Assembly (NCBI GenBank): GCA_965541585.1
Contig: CBEUCH010000003.1
Span: 181,516 to 245,515 of the forward strand
Source of the DNA: an uncultured bacterium
GTDB lineage: Bacteria; Zixibacteria; MSB-5A5; UBA10806
DNA: 64,000 nt
Reading direction: 5' to 3'
Shown: positions 58,960 through 64,000 of the stretch, piece by piece
Layout of the letters: each line of letters opens with the position of its first letter
Numbering within the stretch: position 1 is the first letter of the stretch
Notes under the pieces: model-generated
What the model was told of the DNA's origin: nothing
The model's input: only the letters and a program-made list of their open reading frames with translations
The model's database searches: none
Program-made: the position numbers and the translations under genes

Positions 58960-59760
58960 ATGATTGAAATCGTAGATCTTCACAAATCATTCGGAGATAA
59001 CAAGGTTCTCGATGGTGTGAATCTAACTATAAATACCGGTGAAACATTGACTATAATCGGTCGCTCAGGGGAAGGCAAATCGGTTCTTATAAAGCATATT
59101 ATAGGATTACTGAAACCCGATTCCGGCACCGTCAGAATCGATGGCGACGATATAACCAGGTATAATCTTTCTCAGATGGTGAAACTCCGGAAACGTTTCG
59201 GCATGCTTTTTCAAGCAGGAGCCTTGTTTGATTCTATGACGGTCGATGAAAATGTCGGGCTCGGGCTGAGGGAGCATAACATTTATCCGGAGGGAAGAAT
59301 CAGGCGAATTGTGGCCGAAAAACTGAATCAGGTCGGCCTTCACGATGTTGAAGATATTAAACCCGCAGAGCTTTCCGGGGGAATGAAAAAGAGAGTCGGA
59401 CTTGCCAGGGCTATTGCAATGGACCCGGAGTTCATATTGTATGATGAACCGACCACAGGCCTCGATCCCATCATGGCCGACGCCATCAACGATCTGATTA
59501 TTCATATGAAGAATACTCTGACGATCACATCCGTTGCCGTCACTCACGATATGGTCTCGGCCTACAAGATCTCGGACCGGATAGCCATGTTATATAAGGG
59601 AAAGATCATTATTGTGGGCACTCCGGACGAAATAAGAGGTTCAGATTCAGAGATCGTCCAGCAATTTATCACGGGCAGCGCACGTGGGCCGATTACCGAT
59701 CGGACAGTATTTATCGGGTCGGCGATAAAGAATGGTCGGCAGACGCCGAATAAAAAATAG
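58960..59760 (+). CDS. mlaF: MlaF/Mkl family ABC ATPase
   Basis: GRSGEGKS, FQ.GALFDSM, LSGGMKKR, YDEPTTGLDP. Confidence 0.9.
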   Translation: MIEIVDLHKSFGDNKVLDGVNLTINTGETLTIIGRSGEGKSVLIKHIIGLLKPDSGTVRIDGDDITRYNLSQMVKLRKRFGMLFQAGALFDSMTVDENVGLGLREHNIYPEGRIRRIVAEKLNQVGLHDVEDIKPAELSGGMKKRVGLARAIAMDPEFILYDEPTTGLDPIMADAINDLIIHMKNTLTITSVAVTHDMVSAYKISDRIAMLYKGKIIIVGTPDEIRGSDSEIVQQFITGSARGPITDRTVFIGSAIKNGRQTPNKK

Positions 59761-59852
59761 GTTGTAAATGATTTCCCTTTAACATATCATTGGCAGGATG
59801 GTAATTAGTGGATACAGCCTTAGAGACCAGAAGCACCGGACTTAGAGAGAGT

Positions 59853-60881
59853 ATGCCCCTTTTCGGATTTCTTACCAACGACATCGGCATCGACCTCGGT
59901 ACGGCCAATACTCTCGTATATGTAAAAGGACAGGGAATCGTCCTCAATGAGCCGTCGGTGGTGGCCCTGGAGAAACGCACTGGCAAGGTTCTGGCAATCG
60001 GTATCGCCGCCAAGGAAATGCTGGGCCGCACTCCTTACGAAATCTCCGCCATACGTCCGATGAAGGATGGTGTCATAGCTGATTTCGAAATAACCGAGAG
60101 GATGCTTGCGGATTTCATAAAACGTGTTGTCAAACACAGATACCTGATGAAACCACGAATCGTGATCTCAGTCCCGTCCGGTATAACCGAGGTGGAGAGG
60201 CGAGCGGTCAGGGATTCTGCAGAGAATGCCGGGGCCCGCGAAGTTTATCTCTTACCTGAGCCGATGGCCGCTGCTATCGGGGTCGGCCTGCCGGTCGATC
60301 AGCCGTCCGGCTCAATGGTTATCGATATAGGAGGCGGGACATCTGAGATCGCAGTTATAGCCCTTAACGGGATCGTCAATAACACCTCCATCAGGATTGC
60401 TGGCGACGAGATGGATGAGGCTATCGTCAGTTACCTGAAAAAAAATTACAACCTGCTAATCGGCGAGCGAACTGCGGAGGAAATCAAGTGGAAGATCGGA
60501 TCAGCGTATCCTATGGAAAAAGAAGAACCTATGGAGATCAAGGGAAGGGACTTGGTTGCCGGGGTACCGAAAACCATGAAGATTACATCGGCCCAGATTC
60601 GAGAAGCCTTAGCCGAGCCGATAGCTGTTATCGTGGAGGCGGTCAGGCAGGCCTTGGAGCAGACGCCGCCGGAGCTCGCCTCGGATATCCTTGATCGAGG
60701 CATAATCATGACCGGTGGCGGCGCCCTTCTGCACGGACTTGACAAGAGATTGCGTCAGGAAACAAACCTGCCGGTGATTGTTGCCGATGATCCGCTAACC
60801 TGTGTGGCTCGTGGAACGGGTAAATGCCTCGAGGATCTCCGCCAGTATTCGAAAGTCCTCTCCAAGTCGCGTCGCGGCTGA
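59853..60881 (+). CDS. mreB: Rod shape-determining actin MreB
   Basis: [27 protein letters not shown]. Confidence 0.95.
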   Translation: MPLFGFLTNDIGIDLGTANTLVYVKGQGIVLNEPSVVALEKRTGKVLAIGIAAKEMLGRTPYEISAIRPMKDGVIADFEITERMLADFIKRVVKHRYLMKPRIVISVPSGITEVERRAVRDSAENAGAREVYLLPEPMAAAIGVGLPVDQPSGSMVIDIGGGTSEIAVIALNGIVNNTSIRIAGDEMDEAIVSYLKKNYNLLIGERTAEEIKWKIGSAYPMEKEEPMEIKGRDLVAGVPKTMKITSAQIREALAEPIAVIVEAVRQALEQTPPELASDILDRGIIMTGGGALLHGLDKRLRQETNLPVIVADDPLTCVARGTGKCLEDLRQYSKVLSKSRRG

Positions 60882-60945
60882 ACAAAATCCCATAAATTAA
60901 CGTTAAACCCGATTACGCTTTCCGGGGTCAAATCAATTGGATGCA

Positions 60946-61482
60946 ATGAAAATTGGAGGCCTGAAGGGGAAGATAAGCGATGAGAATTTCAGTGAAGCCG
61001 TTGTCAAATATCGGGATAGGATTTTCTTGGTGATATCGAAATACATCAGAAACAGAGAGGATGCCAGAGATCTGACTCAGGAGGCTTTTATAAAGGCCTA
61101 TCGTTCTCGAGAATCATTTCGTGGAGAATCGAGTCTATACACATGGATTTTCAGGATAGCGGTAAATCTGGCTCTCAACCACAAAAGCAGGAGCCGCACA
61201 TCCTTGTATTCATCGCTTGAAGACTCTCCAGAACTGCATGATGGCAGCGATCCGTCCAGCGGCGTTGCAGGGCGAGAGCTTAATCAAAGGATCGATGAAG
61301 CAGTCAGTGAACTGCCCAACAGGCAGAGGATGGCTTTTGTTCTTAGATATTACGAGGAATTACCCTTCGCCGGTGTGGCGGAAAATCTGAATATCACGGA
61401 GGGGGCCGCCAAGGCCAACTATCACCAGGCGATAAAAAAGCTTCGGCGAAAACTCATCCCTTATCTCAGAGGTGAAACCTGA
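60946..61482 (+). CDS. ECF RNA polymerase sigma factor
   Basis: DL.QEAF.KAY, F.GES...TW.FRIAVN, LP.RQR.AF.LRY; only regions 2 and 4. Confidence 0.9.
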   Translation: MKIGGLKGKISDENFSEAVVKYRDRIFLVISKYIRNREDARDLTQEAFIKAYRSRESFRGESSLYTWIFRIAVNLALNHKSRSRTSLYSSLEDSPELHDGSDPSSGVAGRELNQRIDEAVSELPNRQRMAFVLRYYEELPFAGVAENLNITEGAAKANYHQAIKKLRRKLIPYLRGET

Positions 61483-62066
61483 TGAATTGCAGGGAGTTTC
61501 AGGAAGAGGTCGATCAGAAATTCCGAAGCGGTTCAACTGGGTTGCCATCGGAATTGAAGCGGCATATGCAAGCTTGCGATTCATGCGGCGCCTATCTCAC
61601 AGAGCTTTCCAGGTTAAGGGAATCATTGAATGGGCAGAGGTTCGAGGTGCTTCCCGGCGAGCTGGACGATATGACGTTTGAAAAGATATCTCGATTGGGG
61701 CGCGCTCAAGCTGAAAAACGGGCGGTTTTCAGCGGGTTCCGGCGGTGGGCCTGGGCGCCGGTGGCCGTCGCTGTTATAATAATTCTGGCCGTAATCCCTC
61801 AATTCAGCGACTGGGTCGCCACGATATATCAGCAGAATGAATCATCCGGCGTGGCGGACATTGTGGATGAATACGCTGTGATCGAGTCTGATGATGATTT
61901 AGCCCTCGTCGTTGTTTCTTTGCTTGAAGACGATACCGATTTCGATCGGGCTGCTGAGGAGATGATGTTGGATTGGCACTATGACGATCAGATCGACGAT
62001 CTAACCGATGGTGAATTGAAAGCTTTATATGATAGAATCGAAATGATAAACGGGAGTGTGGGATGA
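61482..62066 (+). CDS. Zinc-binding (ZAS) transmembrane anti-sigma factor
   Basis: MNC...H.x3.C.x2.C (HMQACDSC), one TM, acidic periplasmic tail; coupled to the sigma gene. Confidence 0.8.
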   Translation: MNCREFQEEVDQKFRSGSTGLPSELKRHMQACDSCGAYLTELSRLRESLNGQRFEVLPGELDDMTFEKISRLGRAQAEKRAVFSGFRRWAWAPVAVAVIIILAVIPQFSDWVATIYQQNESSGVADIVDEYAVIESDDDLALVVVSLLEDDTDFDRAAEEMMLDWHYDDQIDDLTDGELKALYDRIEMINGSVG

Positions 62067-62557
62067 GAACAATTAGATTTCTTGTCGCGATATTGATACT
62101 GTCTTCCTCGGTAATCTTAAGCCAGCCGGGCCCGGGGCCGGGACCAATGAGAGAGAAAATCCGCCAGAGAATAAAAACGATCAAAATCTGGCAGATGACC
62201 GAAGCGGTGGGGCTGACCCCTGAGCAATCGGAGAGGTTTTTCCCCGTGTATAACAAGCATCGGGATGCTATGCAGAATCTCGAAAGAGAGAAACACGAAG
62301 CCCTCAAACGTCTGAATTCTCTTACCGACGATCCCGACGTATCGGATGCTGATATCAATAAGGCCATGATGGAGATCGACGATTTCATTCGGCGGTCTGT
62401 GGAAATGCGGCGGGATTACATGGAGGAAGTGTCGACAGTGTTGTCGCTTCGGCAACGGGGAAAACTCATGGTATTTGAAGAAATGTTCAAAAAAAGAATG
62501 CAGAAAATAATAGAGGATATCCGCGGCGATTTTCGCGGCCGGCGGATGAGGGATTAA
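62063..62557 (+). CDS. Periplasmic Spy/CpxP-like helical protein
   Basis: Signal peptide; LTPEQ and LSLRQ (LTxxQ-like) motifs. Confidence 0.7.
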   Translation: MRTIRFLVAILILSSSVILSQPGPGPGPMREKIRQRIKTIKIWQMTEAVGLTPEQSERFFPVYNKHRDAMQNLEREKHEALKRLNSLTDDPDVSDADINKAMMEIDDFIRRSVEMRRDYMEEVSTVLSLRQRGKLMVFEEMFKKRMQKIIEDIRGDFRGRRMRD

Positions 62558-62597
62558 AATCCGTGAAGGGCCGTACGGCTCGTATGGGAGGTTTGAG

Positions 62598-63116
62598 ATG
62601 TTTAAGGTAATCATAGCGCTATCGATGTCGTCGCTTCTGCTCATATCCATGGCAAACGCACAGCCGAAAGGCGGTATCATGAAGGCCGCCCATGAACTCG
62701 GGCTGACCGATGATCAGATGGATAAAATGGCGGATATGCGATTCGAGCATCAGAAGGAGATGATCAGGAAGAAAGCCGCGTTGCAAGAAGTCAGGCTGGA
62801 AATGCGCCATTTAATGAGGAATGCCGAGGTGGATAAGAAAGCCGCTCTCGCCACGCAGAAAAAAATCTCCTCCATTAAGGCAGATGTTACTAGAATCAAG
62901 CTTGATCATCGTCTCGAAATGAGGGGGGTCCTTTCCAGCGGGCAACTCGAAAAGTGGATGAAGATCTGCCGCAAGCATGGCCAGCGGGATGGAATGCGCC
63001 ATAAAGGTGAGCGTGGTCACCGCGATATGGGACCGCACCATGAGGAAGGTCATAAAAGTGGCGTGGGGCCGAAAGGTGATGCGGGACCAGGAGCTGACCA
63101 CGGTTTATGGGATTGA
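62598..63116 (+). CDS. Periplasmic Spy/CpxP/ZraP-like protein with His-rich tail
   Basis: Signal peptide; LTDDQ and LSSGQ motifs; His/Gly-rich C-terminus. Confidence 0.75.
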   Translation: MFKVIIALSMSSLLLISMANAQPKGGIMKAAHELGLTDDQMDKMADMRFEHQKEMIRKKAALQEVRLEMRHLMRNAEVDKKAALATQKKISSIKADVTRIKLDHRLEMRGVLSSGQLEKWMKICRKHGQRDGMRHKGERGHRDMGPHHEEGHKSGVGPKGDAGPGADHGLWD

Positions 63117-63191
63117 AATCCAATAGGCGTATGCGTCAGGAGGGAAATGAAATGACATCCTGACGCTGACGGAGAATACATAGCAATCCGA

Positions 63192-63218
63192 AAAGCCCTG
63201 GCTCACATCGGGGCTTTC
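63192..63218 (+). terminator. Putative intrinsic terminator
   Basis: AAAGCCCTG..CGGGGCTTT hairpin between convergent genes. Confidence 0.5.
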
Positions 63219-63255
63219 CTTAAAGTATTTTGACTAGCGCATTCTTTAATTATTT

Positions 63256-63279
63256 GTGGGGCTGAACATCGTTCAGCCC
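63256..63279 (+). repeat. REP-like palindrome (GTGG variant)
   Basis: GTGG-GGCTGAAC-atc-GTTCAGCC(C); same architecture as the elements near 26.8-27.9 kb. Confidence 0.45.
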
Positions 63280-63285
63280 AATATC

Positions 63286-64000
63286 CTACTGCGAGGCCGA
63301 CACCGCCTTTTTCACTACCCGGGTCTTCAACGCCGGGATTCCCAGCGGCCGGTTATCGCCGGCTAAGAACCTGCCCGATCCCGGACAATCCGGACACCCG
63401 GAGAGCGGTTCGGGGCCCCTGTAGGCCGCAATCGATTTAACCACGTCTTCCAGTTCAAAGGGTGCACAATCTCCATCCACATCTGCGGAAGGTCTATATT
63501 CGGGAATCTCTTCGGTACAATAGCAGACGTAACCCGGTTCCAGAAAGCCTCTGTAGTAGGCGATCATCATAACAACGTCTGTAAGCTCACGCGCGGCGCC
63601 GTTTTCGTCGCTGTCGCCGGGGACGTAATTACAATCTTCGAGCACGATTTCAACAGTAGGCTCGGATAAAATAAGAGTAGGAGCATCGTCCATGTAGAAT
63701 CGCGGCGGACCATTGTTTTCATCGGCTTCAGGAACCAGGGGGTGGTTTGTGCCAACAGCATTCTCGGATATTTCCACCTGGAGTGTAAGAGCTCTTGCCA
63801 TCTCCGGGAAACTGGCCCTGTTGTTAAAAGAGATATGATCGCCAATCAACAAAAATGTAACGGTATTCAGAGTATCGTCGTTCCCGGGAGGCATGTTTTC
63901 CCTATAGTGTGTGCATAAAGCCCAATCCTCTAAGGCCGGCTCTCGAGAGGAAACAAATATCGTATTAATATTCTCGTTATCGTAAGCCAGAGAGAAATTG
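63286..64000 (-). CDS. C-terminal part of a probably secreted protein with a dockerin-like duplicated EF-hand domain (5' end outside window)
   Basis: Frame stays open to the window edge; PGDSDENG...TDVV and ADVDGDC...EDVV repeats. Confidence 0.65.
   Translation of the reverse strand, partial: NFSLAYDNENINTIFVSSREPALEDWALCTHYRENMPPGNDDTLNTVTFLLIGDHISFNNRASFPEMARALTLQVEISENAVGTNHPLVPEADENNGPPRFYMDDAPTLILSEPTVEIVLEDCNYVPGDSDENGAARELTDVVMMIAYYRGFLEPGYVCYCTEEIPEYRPSADVDGDCAPFELEDVVKSIAAYRGPEPLSGCPDCPGSGRFLAGDNRPLGIPALKTRVVKKAVSASQ

Overview
64-kb chromosomal segment of a diderm bacterium, probably FCB superphylum and plausibly Zixibacteria. This is inferred from secreted proteins with 'QNYPNPFN' C-terminal sorting tails, a dockerin-like protein and CoaBC with an 'LAS' clamp motif. 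Most of it is housekeeping genes on the + strand: DoxX, a PAS/GAF-LuxR regulator, a CPA2 antiporter, then DGC-nagZ-anmK-spoIID-nitrilase-comEA-pilM-like-rsmD-coaD-lysS-lolCE-lolD-mcsA-mcsB-clpC, rpmA, an ElbB-like gene with two-subunit fumarase, sdhDCAB, rqcH (- strand), yicC-gmk-rpoZ-topA-xerC-hslVU, argF, nfnAB (nfnB frameshifted), purN/purC/purH with embedded Omp85-like and GT-C genes, coaBC-udg-dnaB, mlaEF, mreB, and an ECF sigma/anti-sigma/two Spy-like module. I saw no rRNA, tRNA, CRISPR array or transposase. Main leads: (1) a LuxR multi-sensor followed by a 24-bp palindrome, a consensus sigma70 promoter and a ~130-nt structured, terminated non-coding RNA; (2) a cluster of GTAG-type REP-like palindromes bracketing an orphan secreted gene; (3) a glycosyltransferase islet bounded by a diverged duplication of the argF 3' end; (4) a 7-repeat FG-GAP protein with constant DNA frameworks and hypervariable loops; (5) Rex/CRP-like boxes before fumarase and nfnB. 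All functional calls come from motif recognition by eye, not database searches.
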